Shown here: in pieces, positions 25,443 through 39,282 of the stretch
Position numbering within the stretch: position 1 is the first letter of the stretch
How the letters are laid out: each line of letters starts with the position of its first letter
NCBI GenBank assembly: GCA_013239625.1
Contig: MU054220.1
Location: forward strand, 7,165,367 to 7,229,366
DNA length: 64,000 nucleotides
Reading direction: 5' to 3'
Source of the DNA: Lama guanicoe
Lineage: Eukaryota
Program-made: the position numbers and the translations under genes
The notes under the pieces: generated by a model
What the model was told of the DNA's origin: nothing
The model's database searches: none
The model's input: the letters and a program-made list of their open reading frames with translations, nothing else

Positions 25443-26381
25443 GTCTCTTTATCTTTGCCTATCAAAATCCCACTTATCCTTCAAGGTCAAGTTTAGATGC
25501 CTCACTCTCTAGAAAACTACCCCACATTCTCCTACTTAATATGTTTGCATTCACTTATGGTCAAGTAAAAAAAAAAAATCATCTATTAATAGTGATTATC
25601 TCCAGCTGTGGATTTGGAATGACTCATTTTGGCTAATGTACTTTGTCAGTACTATCTGAATTTTCTACCATCAGCATTTATACTTCATAGAGAAAAAATA
25701 ATTTAATTTTATGTATTTATAGTATATTCCTGGTGACACATTTACGTAGTTTTTTGTTTGTTTGTTTTCCTTTGTTTTGAGCAAATGAAACCCAACCAAA
25801 CTGAGATATACATACACACATTCTATTGGTTCATGTAACCAAAAAATTCTCAGAACAGAGGAGCTTCAGGTTCGGCTAGATCGAGACACCCAATAGCTAG
25901 TAAGCGGAATGCATCACTGTTAATCTCATAGCTCTGTTCTCATCAGTGCTGGAATTTTCTCAGGCAGTCTCTCCTATGTGGTGGCAAACAATGACAGGTT
26001 TATGTTACCCTGGCAACATCAGTGGATCAAGGGTAGTTTCTTCCTTATCGTCCTTGTAAAAAAGTTTGTGGTTGGCCGGCCCCGAGTCACTTTGCCTTCT
26101 CAACAATTATGTTGACAGACTGACCAAGTTATTTGTTACCACAGAACATTAATGTTCATCATTGGTAACATAACGTAATGTTAGGTGGTCAGCCCTGTCT
26201 TAGTGTCTGAGGTTGAAGTCCTGGAAAGAATACTGAGAAGCTATATCAAAAGAATAACTGAAACCTGGTAAAATGTCTAAAGCAATGTCTACTACTTTAA
26301 ATTTTATATCACCCACAGGATCTGGCCACATTGCTATTGCTCAAATTTTAGAAAAGAGATAGTAGACTCAATCAGGTTCAC

Positions 26382-26850
26382 TGTCATAGTTTCTTACAGC
26401 TGCTGTAACAAAGAAATCACAGACTTAGTGGCTTAAAGCAACACAGATTTATCATTTTATAGTTCTGGAGCTCAGAAATCCAAACCCAGCCCCGAGGGGA
26501 TAAAATTAAAGTGTCCGCATGGTTGCCTTCCTGTGGAGGCTCCAGGCGAGGGTGTGTTTCTGGAGGCCTGGACTTGTGGCCCTTTCTTCTTTCTTCAAAG
26601 ACAGCAGTGTGGCATCTTCGCTGCTCTCTCTCAGACTCTGACCTTCCTCACTGCCTCTTACAGGGATCCTTGTGAGTACAGTGGGCCCTCCTGTATAATC
26701 TGGGGTAATCTCATCTCCAAATCCTCGACTCAGTCACCTCCGTGAGGTCCCATCTGCCACATAAGGAAACATATCCACAGGTTCACAGGATTAGGATGTG
26801 GGAATCCTTGGAGGGGTCGGGGAGGGCGGTGCATTATTCAACTAACCATG
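26382..26850 (-). mobile_element. MaLR MLT1 LTR
   Basis: GCTGCTGTAACAAA..ACAGACTTAGTGGCTTAAAGCAACAC...ACATATCCACAGGTTC..GATTAGGATGTGG. Confidence 0.9.
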
Positions 26851-26895
26851 GTCACAGTGATGTTAAGGGCCACTGCTGAGTGTTAATGTTGAATC

Positions 26896-27539
26896 TGTTG
26901 CCAGTGATTCAGTTCTTGTCTCGCCACAGAAAAAAATTCAGAAACAAGGTACAGAAGTTAAGAAAGTAAAGCGAGAATTTACTAAAGGATGGAGAGTACA
27001 CTCCCGAGGGGAGAGCGGGCAGGCCCAGGTGAGTGGCTGCCCTGAGTTTCTTTGGCAAGTGGGTTGCATAGGGTGTAAAACTGAGCAGGCAGGACATTCA
27101 CTGGGGAGGGAAGGGTTTGGGGTCGTATTCCCTGATTTTCATCTCAACTCCAACTTTCCGAAGGGAGGAAGGGTTTTTGTCCTTATTTAGTCTGGATCCG
27201 AGGTGTCATGGCATTGGTGCATGACGGTACTTCTAATCTGTAAGGCTAATTTTATTAAAATGAGGGCATAATGAACGAGAGGTTACATTCGGACACTGGA
27301 GACTCCTGCCTTTTCCCACCTTTCTTTGTCAACCTCCAGGACACTTGTCACCCCAAAATGTATGACCACTTATCCGCCCAAAGGTTCTTGCTCTTCTTTT
27401 TCTGCCGGGGGACGCCTGGTGCTTACATGATGTGTGGTTTCCTGCATGAGTCTTGTGCCCCTCCTTTCTGCCCAATTCCTGCCATGTGGCCTGCATCCCC
27501 CTTTGTCTGCTCATAACTCGCAATCTGCCGGCTCTAACA
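26896..27539 (-). mobile_element. Young ERV1-like solo LTR (644 bp)
   Basis: TGTTG...TAACA termini with perfect 4-bp TSD AATC (26892-26895 and 27540-27543). Confidence 0.9.
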
Positions 27540-28646
27540 AATCCATGCTTCCCAAACTGAAGATCATTATCTTTTCTACTTTATCACAAACGTATCATGT
27601 CACAGAGGTTATGTATGACTTGCCAAGGTTTCACATTCTTAGAGAGCAGGGAATTTCAGCCACCATAACATACTGTATGTGTGTGTGTGGTGGGTAGTGA
27701 GGGGGAGGTTGCTTTTTTCTAAGACAACAGTTTCAACTTTTGGCCTGTTCAGCAGCAGGACAAAAAGGTTCAATTTCACTTTGCACCTTGTATCGTTCCA
27801 CAGTGGCAGTTGCCTCCTTGGCCCTCCCTCTTGATTAATTAAACAATAATGTGGATTTTCTTGAACCTTCTTTATTTGATAAACTCTGTTTCTAGCAGAA
27901 GAATATAGCATCAGTAGGCAAATCACTTAATAGTTTTCAAATGACTACTATAATTCTTTCTCAGCTGTTCCTACATGTGTGAAGACAAACAGAACGAAGG
28001 CTGTGAATAACGTAAACAATAAACCTCTGTAGGCTCAGTTATCTGATTATTTCAACAAGCATCTGGGAACAATTTTAAGTTTTTATTCTCTAACATCTTT
28101 TTAGTTTATTTGAACATTTGTAGGCATCGGCTTATAATAAGTCATTTATTTCTTCTGTGCTCTAAATTCAACTTAACAAACATTCAATGAGCCACTAATA
28201 AATGCCAGAAATCATGCTCACGTCTATGATGGCTAAAAAGACAAAAAACAAGGAATCGCTTTCTCATGGAGTTTTCAGTCCCTGTAGAATCATACAATTA
28301 CACCAATCACTATATAGTCTGGCAGAATGTAAAGGCGATGACTGAGGTAGAAACATGGTAATAGTATTTAGAGGGAGAAATATCATTCAGCTGGGGAGAA
28401 TTAGGAGCAATGTAAAGTATTCTGGCGGGTGGGTGAGAATTTGCAAGGCAGAGGTAGCACAGGAGAGTGTTGTCAGTGGAAAAAACCACAAAGCAAGGAG
28501 GCAAGAAAACCTAGGACTAGTCTGGGGAATCACAAGTCCCCTGGTTAAACGGGGCAACCGAAACATACAAGGAGTTCCCAAGAACTAAACTGTTTATGTC
28601 CGTCCAGCATCTGAAGGTATCTAATGTATTCTTCCCAATACCCTAG

Positions 28647-28880
28647 CAGTTTTCAATATGTGTGTGGCGGGGAGAGGATTAGGCAAATACCTGGAGCCTG
28701 ACTTTTCAAAACCCGGGGTGGGAGGGGTGCGGGGGAGGGAGGAGGGAGGGTGACACTGCCATCTAGTGGGCAGAAGCCAGGGATGCTGCTGAACATCCTA
28801 GGACGCAGAGCATCCCCTCTCCCCCGCCCCCCCGACCCCCAAACAGAGCTATCTGACCCGAACAATCTGTGCCACAGGAA
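28647..28880. mobile_element. MER20-like hAT DNA transposon
   Basis: ATCTAGTGGGCAGAAGCCAGGGATGCTGCTGAACATCCTA, the MER20 core. Confidence 0.8.
28756..28769 (-). promoter_or_regulatory. Candidate CTCF site within MER20
   Basis: Minus strand CCACTAGATGGCAG matches the CTCF core CCASYAGRKGGCRS exactly. Confidence 0.6.
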
Positions 28881-29079
28881 ATAAACCCTGCAACAACCTC
28901 AAGAGGTTGTGTTATTGTTTCTTTATTGGAATGATGAGGAAATTGAGGCATTTTGAGATTACACATCTTGCCTGAGATCATTAAATAGTAGTGAATGGCA
29001 GAGCAAGATGGGGGGCGCGTTATAGAGAGCGAGGAATGTGGGTATAATCGAGAAGCTAATGAGAGTCTTTGAACGTGGG

Positions 29080-29400
29080 CACGCCAGTCACGGGAGCCGC
29101 AGCGAGACGACAAGGCCCGTGAAGGGCTTAGCCCAGGGCCTGACGCGCAGCCAGCACCCCATCAGCGCTCCCTGCGCCTGTAAGTGGTTGCTGGGGCTCT
29201 CCGTGGCGCCTTTGGAGGAAGGCGAGACCACGGGCTGACAACCAGTCCGGGACTAGGGCAGAGCCTTCGGAGTGTGAGCTGGCGTGAACGCTCGTGGTGT
29301 GCACCGGGAGGGGCACGTGCAAAAACCGTTACCCACGGGGGGCCTGGGGAGCCTGACAAATGAGCGAACGAACGAAGGCGCGGACGTGCGGCGGGGGGGG
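29080..29400. other. Small intronic CpG-rich patch on MIR/L2 remnants
   Basis: Dense CpGs in an AT-rich background; MIR end at 29090-29180 and L2-tail-like GAGCGAACGAACGAA. Confidence 0.7.
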
Positions 29401-29989
29401 GACTTCTGAAGGTGACTCTGGTTTTGAACATGAGAAACTAATTTTCACTTCACCGCCATGAAGGGAACAGCTGCCGTGCTAGGAATGACCCTGCTTACTT
29501 AAAACAGACAAACTGAGACACAGAAAGGTAAAGCAGTTAGTTCAAGGTCACTCCACATTGGAAGATTTCTTTGCAAACTTAGGGAGAAGAAAAGCTTGAC
29601 CTTTTTAAAGATACAGTAACTAAATCTTCAGAGGAGAGAGAAGGACGAAATGACATTTTCTTTAATATGCTTCCAAAGGCAGTATTAACATTCATTTTGC
29701 CATGTCTTTCTATAGATGACAGGAACTTTAACCTCTAGCCACACATTAGGGCCAAATGAGATATGTAGAGACACCAAGGAGTTCCCCAAAGAACGTGGGC
29801 TGAGGGTCTGTGTTTTCTTGTCCAGTGTGCTGCCTTGTTAAGCGAGAGCCAAAAAAATGACTTGACTGACCAGGTAACAACATGTAAGAGAGAGGAGACA
29901 ACTCATAGTAACTGAAAGCTTGATAAAGTATATTTATTAATAAAAGCAAATGCCACAAATGCTTATTAGTAAGTGTGCATCCAGTGTCA

Positions 29990-30190
29990 GGAAATGGGCT
30001 AACTATTCCAGGTGCAGTATTTCATTTTCATCCTCATAACTGTGTGAAATGGATGTGACCAGTGACTGATGAGGTCTCTGAGGCTAGAAGAGGTTAAGTG
30101 ACTGACGCAGGGTCACACAGGAAGGACCGGGAGGTAGTGGAAGCCAATATTCAAACCTCAGCTTTTGCACCCAAGTGCCCAAGGTTTTAC
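29990..30190 (-). mobile_element. MIR SINE
   Basis: CTGAGGCTAGAAGAGGTTAAGTGACTGACGCAGGGTCACACAG. Confidence 0.8.
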
Positions 30191-30379
30191 CCAATGTTGT
30201 ATATATATAGTTAGAAGTTAGGAACATAAATTCTGCCTTTTGGGGGTATTTGCAGAATATATATATATAAAGACGAGGTGCATAGTTGTCATTCAGTGAC
30301 CCCAAGAACAGATGTTCGAGGGACCCCATGCCTCCCTGTCGAATCTCCACCTTCGCTCCTTATCAGTGCCGTACGGTTG

Positions 30380-30850
30380 GCTTCCCTGTGAATCCCAGGA
30401 GTGGAGGATACAGCCGTGAACAGGACAGGCAGTGCCCCTGCTCCCACGGACAGCACCGTCCAGCAGAGGAAGATCACTCCACAAACAGAAAGAGACAGTC
30501 AGATAAGCGTTCTGCACCAAATTAAAATATGAGCAGCTATCTCAGCTGCCTGGGAGAGAGGGCCTCTCCCAGAGGATCAGAGCGATCAGACCCCCAGAGA
30601 CCAGGGAGGGGATGTTCCCGGCAGAGGGACCGGCTTGTGCCAAGACCCCATTGTCCGCCTGGAGAGAAGGCCCTTCTGGCTGGAGATGCTAGGGTGTGGG
30701 AGCAGATGAGGTAAGATAAGGTTGAAGAAAGGCTGAGAGGAGGTTTAAGCTCGGAAAAGTAGTATTTTATAAGTCAATATAAGGAATTTTCATTTTATTC
30801 CCAGTACAATGAGATGCCCTTTGGGTAGATCTTATCCTCTTTTACCCAGG
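30380..30850 (-). mobile_element. LINE-2 fragment
   Basis: GGATACAGCCGTGAACAGGACAGGCAGTGCCCCTGCTCCCACGG and TAAGGAATTTTCATTTTATTCC. Confidence 0.7.
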
Positions 30851-33199
30851 GGCTGCTGTCCAAAAAGTTAGCTTTAAGGGTAGAGAAGAAGCTAAAGAGA
30901 CCAAGAAAAACTCATTTTACCTTGACGTTATCAGTTAATATTTTATATGAATAAGACAGAATGTGAGAGCTCCCCAACTCTTTTAGCAGCTTCATTTATA
31001 TCTGAAAGGTGTGTTTTTGACACTTCAATCTATCAGTGGGTGCCATTAATCTGCATATTGTGTTACAAGAAGTGTCTTTCTTCTCAACTTTTCCTTTTCT
31101 TTTTGTTCTCGGGGAAATGAATTCATGTCATTTCCATTTGAAATCCCGTGGCATCTGACCGCACTACACTGAGTGGCACCTTTCTAGGACTTGAAGCTTA
31201 GGCAGGTGGCATTGCTTGTCAGCAGCACCTTAAGGAGAAAGAGTCCCTGAAGTCACATGTGGAAGATGCTTTGACTCAGGTCTGTAGGTCTGCGGGTGAG
31301 GGGCGCCCAAAGGGTCGCCTCTGGTGAGTGATCCCAGCAAGCTGGCTCTTAGCATTTCTCCGGGGCTGTGTTTTGCTATGAAAAGAACATCTCAGCAAGT
31401 GTTTCTAAGAGGTCCTCAATTTCACTTTGGAATCGGGCTTTCTGAAAAGGCTGCGCTGGGAAATTTGGGGGAGGATTTTCTGCAGTTGTCTTCTGAGACA
31501 GCCAATTTGTTTTATGAAAGGCCGAATAATGTCAATCACACCATTCTGTTGATCTACATGTAAACACTTCTCCAGGCAGACGTATTCTGATAAAAGTGTT
31601 CAATTTAAGAGACGAAAAGGGCCCTCAAAGGTCATCAGTCTAGCAAGCCCCAGACTTGAAAGTCTTTCATGTCATTAAAATGAATAGACAGTGGCTCAAC
31701 AGAATGTTTCCAACTTTGGATTTTTACCGAATATTTACATTTTAAAACATTACTGAATAAGAATAAGAAAGGACATGATAGTTGTAAAAAATATAGGAAA
31801 GAATTCATCACGAAGTGAAGATTTTTACATGAAATTCAACAAACTCCTAGGACAAACCCAGGACATTGCGCTCACTCCTCTCATTTTGCTATAGTGGACT
31901 AGCGGAAATTGAATCGGGGACAATGTTTGGGAACTGCTTGGCTCATGTAACCCTGCCTAAGGACCCCGCTACAACTTGCAGCCTGTGCTTAAACCACTCC
32001 AGTGACAATGTTGCGAGGCAACCCACTCCCTGTTCAGAAAGCTTTCCTTTCAGGTAGTGCTTTATTACATTGAATGAGAGTTATGAATAGCCTCCAAGTC
32101 TAATGTCACACATGTACACACACACACCTACCCACGCACATATGCACAAGCAGTAAACATGCAAATTGTAACATTTTGCGGATTTGAACACTTGGCATTT
32201 CTTGTACCCATCTCCCTTTCTATGATGCCAAAGCTGCTGCCTTTCTTTGGATCCTCACGCGCTCCCTTGGTTTCCTCATTGCTCTCCGGTGTCCAAGTTG
32301 CTCCTCTTCTGCAGGTCACTTGCATAATGCCCTTTAGAATGGCTTCTGCAATTCCCAAACTTAGCATGTCACTCCTTAACTTAATATCCCTCCGTGATAA
32401 ATGATAATGATATTTGGACAAACTCCTTTCAAAAAATAAATAAATAAAAATAAAAGGATCCTTGACTGGCTGCTATATGCAAGTTCATGTCTTGGCATTT
32501 CATCTCCTTTCTGGCCACACATCCTCCTTAGGCCCCGGCCCTGAAGGATTAGCAGTTTTCCTCAAGTACAAACGATAAATGTTTGTCTAATTCAAACTCA
32601 GGTCTATGTGATTCCAAACTTAACTGCTCTGGGCTCCACTCCATGCTCTTTCCTTAGATCAAGCAGATCCTTTTTCTGAATATACACTAATCCTTTCTAA
32701 AAAATATAAGAATCTCTGGGGGAAAATGAGAAGTTCCTAATACGTTTTCTAGTTGCGGTATTGCAGAACCCACTGAATTTGGTACTAGATAAAATTTTGT
32801 TAAATAAATGAATGGATTCAATTAGGCTGTACTAAATTGTCATTTAGCACCTAAATGCAAATTTGTTTACTTAGTATCTTTCTTATTGGAGAAGAAGAAT
32901 ACACAGAATGAGGCCTGAGGCTTATATAAAGAGGAATAAAGAGGAAAAGACACCAAAAAGGGGGGTGGAACTCTCCAAAGATAAATTTTGTTTCAGTATC
33001 ATAATTTTGTCACCCTCTAACCCTACAGGTAAAAGAAGCAGAATTGAGAATAGAAAAAGAGAAAATTCAGTGGTCTTTTTAAAGTCACCACTAAAATCAA
33101 TAAAACCAGTAACAAAAAAATTTAGGTATAATTAATGAGAATTAAATTAATAAATTAAATTTCAACATAGCATAATTATTTTTCAGTATTCTTTGATTC

Positions 33200-34193
33200 A
33201 TTTTTTCCAGCTTTATTAAATACAATTGACATATAACATTGTGTAAGTTTAAGGTGTACAAATGTGATGATTTGATACATGTATATATTGTGAAATGATG
33301 ACGAAAATAAGGTAAGTTAATACCTCCATCACTTCACATAATTCCAATTTTTATGTGCTGTGAGAACATTTAAGATCTATCCTCTTAGCAACTTTCAAGC
33401 ATATAATATTGTTAACTGTAGTCACCATGCTGTACCTTAGATTCCTGAGACTTACTCATCTTATAACTGAAAGTTTGTGTCCTTTGACCACCATCTCCCC
33501 ATGTCGCCGCCAGATCCTGACAAAATCATCCTACTGTTTCTATGAGTTTGGCTTTTTTAGACTCCACATGTAAGTGAGACCATATAGTATTTGTCTTTCT
33601 CTCACTTATTTCACTTTGCATAATGCCTTCAAGGTCCATGTTGTCTCAAATTTGCTTCTTTCTCATGGCCCAATACCATTCCATTACATACATATGTATG
33701 TATGTGTGTATACACACACACGCACACACACATTTTCCTTATCCATTCATCTGTCAATGGACACATAGATTATTTCTACATTTTGGCTATTGTAAATAAC
33801 CCTGCAATGAACATGGAGATGAAGGTATCTCTTCAAAATCCTAATTTCACTTCTTCCATATATATATATATATATACACCCAGAAATGGAATTGCTGGAT
33901 CATATGGAAGTTCTATTTTTAACTTTTTGAGGAACCTTCATACTGTTTTCCATAGTAAATGAATCAATTTACCATCAACAGTGCACAAGGGTTCCCTTTC
34001 CTTCACACCCTGGTCAGCATTTGCTGCTCTTGACCTTTCTGTGATAGCCATTCTAACAGGTGTGAGGTGGTAACCCGTGGTGGTTATGATTTGTATTTCC
34101 CTGATGGTCAGTGATGCTGAGCCTCTTTTCACATACCTGTTGGCCACCTGCATGTCTTCTTTAGAAAAATGTCTATTCAGGTTCTCTGCCATG
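33200..34193 (-). mobile_element. LINE-1 (L1MA-like) 3' end
   Basis: ORF 33938-34201 (LNRHFSKEDMQVANRYVKR...GYHLTPVRMAI) is the L1 ORF2 C-terminus, followed by 3'UTR. Confidence 0.95.
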
Positions 34194-36945
34194 TGACACA
34201 ATTGTTATCCTAGTGAAAATATGAACTTCTATAAAAATTCATAAAATTGTAATAAAAATCCTTTTCAGGAAGATTGTTAACTAAAGGCTGCAGTAAAGTG
34301 TCAAACGCTCAATCCATTAACAGTCACCCAGTGTTCATTCTATTCAATAAGACTGCTAGTCCATACACACCTCACATTCTTCATCTGACACAGGAATACT
34401 TATTTTATATCTCATTTCCCTATAAAACTCACATAATTGTTGATGAGTTTAGAAGACCCCTTCCCATTTTGAAATGGAAGTAATGTATCTTTATATATGT
34501 TTATCTTCGGTGTTTGCAGAATTATTTTATTCAAGCGATAAGTGTTTCCATTTTCCCTGTAAATACAATAAATTATTTCTTTAAAATCTGCAGCATCTCC
34601 TAGACAGTCATTTACTCCCCTCAAGAATGCTGTGCCTGTTAGAAACCTGGACATTTAAAAAATGCAGCTTGTTTAACATTATTTGAATCATACGCTATTA
34701 AATCCGCAGGAGGCCTGGAATCACAGATGTGTTAATGCACCTTCAATGGGAAGAGAACAGAATTTTGAAATCTATGCACTTCATTTTCTGAAGACACATC
34801 GGTAACGTGGAGGGGGAAAGAAGGCTGTCATTTGTTGAATCTGCACTGCATGGCTACTGCTGAAATAAAGTGGCATTCTTTGGGACTTGTTTAGTATCAA
34901 GTGCTGATTTAGCTAGATAAAATGCAGCTGTCTCCCCAAATTACACAACTCGATTCACACAATCTACTAATTCCTGGTGGAGTTTTAAAGATACCTTTAC
35001 AGGCACTTTTTTTCTCAGCACAAAGAATCCTGATTCAGACAATACAAAAATGCCACCATGTAGTTTCTGTGTGCAAATTCCATCTTTCTTAGAAATAGTT
35101 GATACAAGAGATTGTGTTCTATGAGGACTTGGGTCACCATCGAAAGGGATTTCTAAAATGTACCTGGGTCTAAATTGATGTAGAATTGTTTGCCAGATTG
35201 TTATACAAGTTGTTTCTTTCTGCTTTCTTCTGATTACTTTAAGTCAGTCCTAGAATGTCCTGTAGCCTAGGGTGGTCTGAAAAAGGAAGTATTCTCCCTC
35301 AAGATGTTTCCCCTTCACTCATCCCCTTTTCCCCCAGATGTCTTTTGTGATTGATACTCTCCTAGAAAGAATATTTTAAGACTAATTTCAAAATCTGGAC
35401 TCTCTTGATCTCTGCATGGCATCTAATAGTCTGATCATCCCTCCCATAACTGAGTATATTAATTTAGCTAAGCTTTAGTCTCGCTCATCTTTTGCCCACA
35501 AGTTAGTTAGTTAGTTTCTTAGAATGCACCACCTTCTCTCTCCTTTGGCTGCAAAATGAGCAATTCTGCACCCATCAGCTGTTGACTAACATTCATGGAG
35601 CTTTGAACACATTTAGTTTTCTTTTTTAACTTCTTTTATATTTATTTTCCCATTATTAAAGTAATATAACAGTAGTTCAAAATTTTGAACCCAATCTCAA
35701 AAAAAAAAAAAAAAGCCCAGTCTCACCAAAGAACACCACTATATTGTTAGCAAGGTGGTAAATCAACACCATTCTTTTCTCCATGGCTGGAAACGTACTG
35801 TATATAAGTGTCTTCTGCCCCTTTTGGCTCCTATATGGCAAAAATTTTCTGTTACTGCATTATTTAAAATAGCCCCTTGTTTTAAGTAGAAATGGATCAT
35901 GCTCCTTGTAAAAATAAACAGTATAGAAAAATACAAAGGAGGAATCACAAATCACCCCAAATTCCACGACCCATAGATACCACTGTTACCATTTTGGGGA
36001 ACAGCCTCCCAGCTTCTCTGTGTATTTACTTTTACTTAAATGGAATCGTGCCGCACATGCCATTCAGTTTCCCGCTTTTGTCACCCAAATGGGTGTCTTG
36101 AACACATTTAGTTTTCTTATACGTAAGTCCGCCAGGACTGCCCCCATGTACGGATGGTTCTTGACTCCTCCGCTGCCCCAGCTCTTTATACTTATTTCTG
36201 GCAAAACTGACCAGCTTTTACATCACCATTGCTTATGATGAGCGTACCTCCTCTCTACTCACTTTCCTCCCTCAACCAAGTAAACAGTTTATTCATCCAT
36301 TCTATCAAAATATATTTAGAAGGGCCAGGCATTGTGCTAAGTAATCTGGGTACCAATCGGTGTTCAAAAACCCAGTTCTTCCGCACATTGACTAGTTGTG
36401 TGTGTGTGTTTTCTTCCCCAGTTACCTGTAACGTTATTTGTGTTTTCCTCGTTTCTTTCTGGAAGCTTTTTGTAAGAACCGTGTATGAAATAGAATATGT
36501 TGAATCCTTTGTTCTATGTAAAGGGTGTTCCCAGTATTGTGGGGTTTTTGTTATTACACATATTTTCCCTTTATTGTTTCTTCCTTTCCTCATCAGTTAT
36601 TCTTTTTCAGAAGCTAACTGGTACTAGGGAGGGGATGGAATGGATCAGAAGAAAGACTAGTGCAAAGAGTCCACAGCATAGCTTGAGAATGGTCTTTGTA
36701 AAGTAATACAGTGAGAGAATTGGGCAGACGTGTGAGCCATTCCTGAGTCAGCACCAGCAGATGTGCTCAGGCAAGTGGAGGCAGCGGAGGAGTTAGTGAT
36801 AACTTCTAACTCCCGTAATACCTGACACAGAATGGGAGGTGAATATTCATCTGTTGAAATAAATAAGTGACTGAATGCATAGAATTTTCGTTCCTATAAA
36901 CCTCAGGAAAGAAAGGAAATTTTTTATCTGTACAGGATAGAAGTT

Positions 36946-37357
36946 TGTGGTTGAGTGCAGCAATCACCCTAATCCTGCACTCCTTTTTGTCATGTTACTC
37001 CGCGGTGGCCTCCCGCTGTAGGTGGCATGATCTGCTTCATTCTTTGACAGCGGCTACAGCCAAGTGATTGGCTTTAGCCAAGACGGAGTCACACAGAAAT
37101 TTGAACAAGTACTTTCTGCTTGCTCTCTTAGACTTGCGCTGTCACCTGAAGCTGATGGAGGGTAGAGACTTATAAAGTTGAGTTGTCCCGGTGACCTTAG
37201 CTGAGACCATTCTAGATCGGCTGTTAGTGAAACCAGCCAAGCTCAAGAAGAGCCACTTAACCAATCCTTGACTGCTTGTAACTTTGTGAGAAATAATAAA
37301 TAGTGTTTTCAGCTTCCAATTTTGGGGTGGTTTATTATGCAGCAAAGCTAAGTGATA
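36946..37357 (+). mobile_element. MaLR MLT1 LTR
   Basis: TGTGG start; GTGAGAAATAATAAAT...TTTTGGGGTGGTTTATTATGCAGCAAAGCTAAGTGATA end. Confidence 0.85.
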
Positions 37358-37689
37358 GAGAAGTTCTAATTCTCTGATTAAATTATTTTATTTGGTTTTT
37401 CTATTTATTAATTAGTATTCTATGTGATAAAAGGAATTATCTAATTACTGAAGTATATTTACTGAAGTACAAAGTGTCTCATATTTCTAAGATTTTATGA
37501 ACCACAGTAAGAGACAAAAAAATGTAGGTTCCTCCATTTCCTAATGTCTTAATTATAGACATTCATTTATTCAACTATATCCACAGTACTAGAAATACAA
37601 AAAATATGCTCTTAGGAAATCAGTCATAATTTAGGGGAAAAATGATTTGCATCCAATGCAATAAGTAATAGGAAGTATTTATTACAACC

Positions 37690-37910
37690 GTGATCTCTGA
37701 AGCAAAATAACCTGAGTTTAAAATCTTGCCTCTGTCACTTCCTAGCTGGGTGCCCTTGCTTAACCTCAGTTCCATTTTCATTATCTATAAAATGGGATGA
37801 TAATTGTACCTATTTCCTAAAATTTTGGGGAGGAATTGCCTGCATTGACATCTGTAGCATACTTAGAACGCTACTTGGCACTCGTAAGCTATCACTAAGT
37901 GCTAGTTAGT
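37690..37910 (+). mobile_element. MIR SINE
   Basis: CTCTGTCACTTCCTAGCTGGGTGCCCTTG...ATCTATAAAATGGGATGATAAT. Confidence 0.8.
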
Positions 37911-39243
37911 ATTTAAAATTTTTAGAAGCATGAGGACATAGAAAAGTAAGACGATATAGGATGGAAGTAGGGGAGGGTAGTAGAAGAGATACTTTAAAAA
38001 CAACATAAATTTGCAAATCTACTGGGACTTGAGTATCTTCATCTATATTTCAACGAACAAACCATAGATGACTATTAGGATATCTTCTGATTCTGAGATA
38101 CAACATTCTTGGAATATTGCCTAACATGACATGTAGGGAGTTCCCACTAAATATGGCATTTGATTATTAAAGTAGTTTAAGTAGTTTTCAAAGAAAGTTG
38201 GTCTAATGAAGGTAATCTACATGCTTTTCATTACGTGTGACTGTAGAGGCAAGCTTGATACAATTATCCCACAGGACATTCTGGTCCCTTTTAATAGTAT
38301 TGGAAGCAAAAGGGGACTATCTCTTCCCAGAAGCTGTAACATAAAGACTCAAATCTTAAGTATGTGTTGTGCTTGAATAGAGCAGCCTACAGCCTGTTAA
38401 ATCAAATTAATTAACGCAGTAGATGCATCCTCAGCTTCTCTGTGTTTAAAGCAAAGTTACTGAGTTCATTCTGTTTGCTAGTCTGTATTTCTGAGTACAG
38501 GATGCTGTCCTCTGCTGTTTGCTAAAGATTACACCAGGTAGAGCCATCAGCACACAGTGAAACAACATGATTTTTTTTCCCCACCCAGATGCCTGCAAAT
38601 CAGGAATGGAGATGAACAAGAATTCTCTCTGTCTGTAGGACAAACTGCCATGTGAGCTCTGCACCCCTCTCCTCCCAAGTCATCTCATTTTAATGGCGTC
38701 TCTCCTGTCCACACTTTTGGTAACTAAATGGGCTAACTGGAAATGTGACAACCTGACCAATCCATTACTCTTTGAGCAATTATTTCTTCTAAAAGCGCTT
38801 TTATAAAGAATTTTACTTGAACACATACGCTGTCATTGTTGACAGTATGTGGCAGCTCCTACTGAATAAATATCTATATTTATGTCATTATTCAACTATT
38901 TAGTTCGCATGCACATTTGTGTGACAGTTAGCTTGTTGACTGCTTCTTTCAGTTCTCTTTGAGTAAGGTCATTCAGTGACACATGTGGCAATTCCACTTC
39001 CCCCACAGGGTTACAAATTCACCTCTGGGATTCAGTGCTGATAATGACAGCCTGCATGCTTATGACTGTCTCAGATGCTTCCCAAACCTAGAAACTGTAG
39101 CAAAAGCAGAAGAATTGAAATTGAGTGGATCTGGGTTCAAGACTTGTCTGTGTCATTTACTAAGTATGTGGCTTTAGTGTCACCTTCACCATCTTTAAAA
39201 GCTTTTAGAGTTTTAAATTAGATGATGTATATGAGAAGTCAGC

Positions 39244-39244
<1 letters not shown>

Positions 39245-39281
<37 letters not shown>
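39245..39281. repeat. Poly(A) tract (~37 nt)
   Basis: Direct observation. Confidence 0.95.
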
Positions 39282-39282
<1 letters not shown>

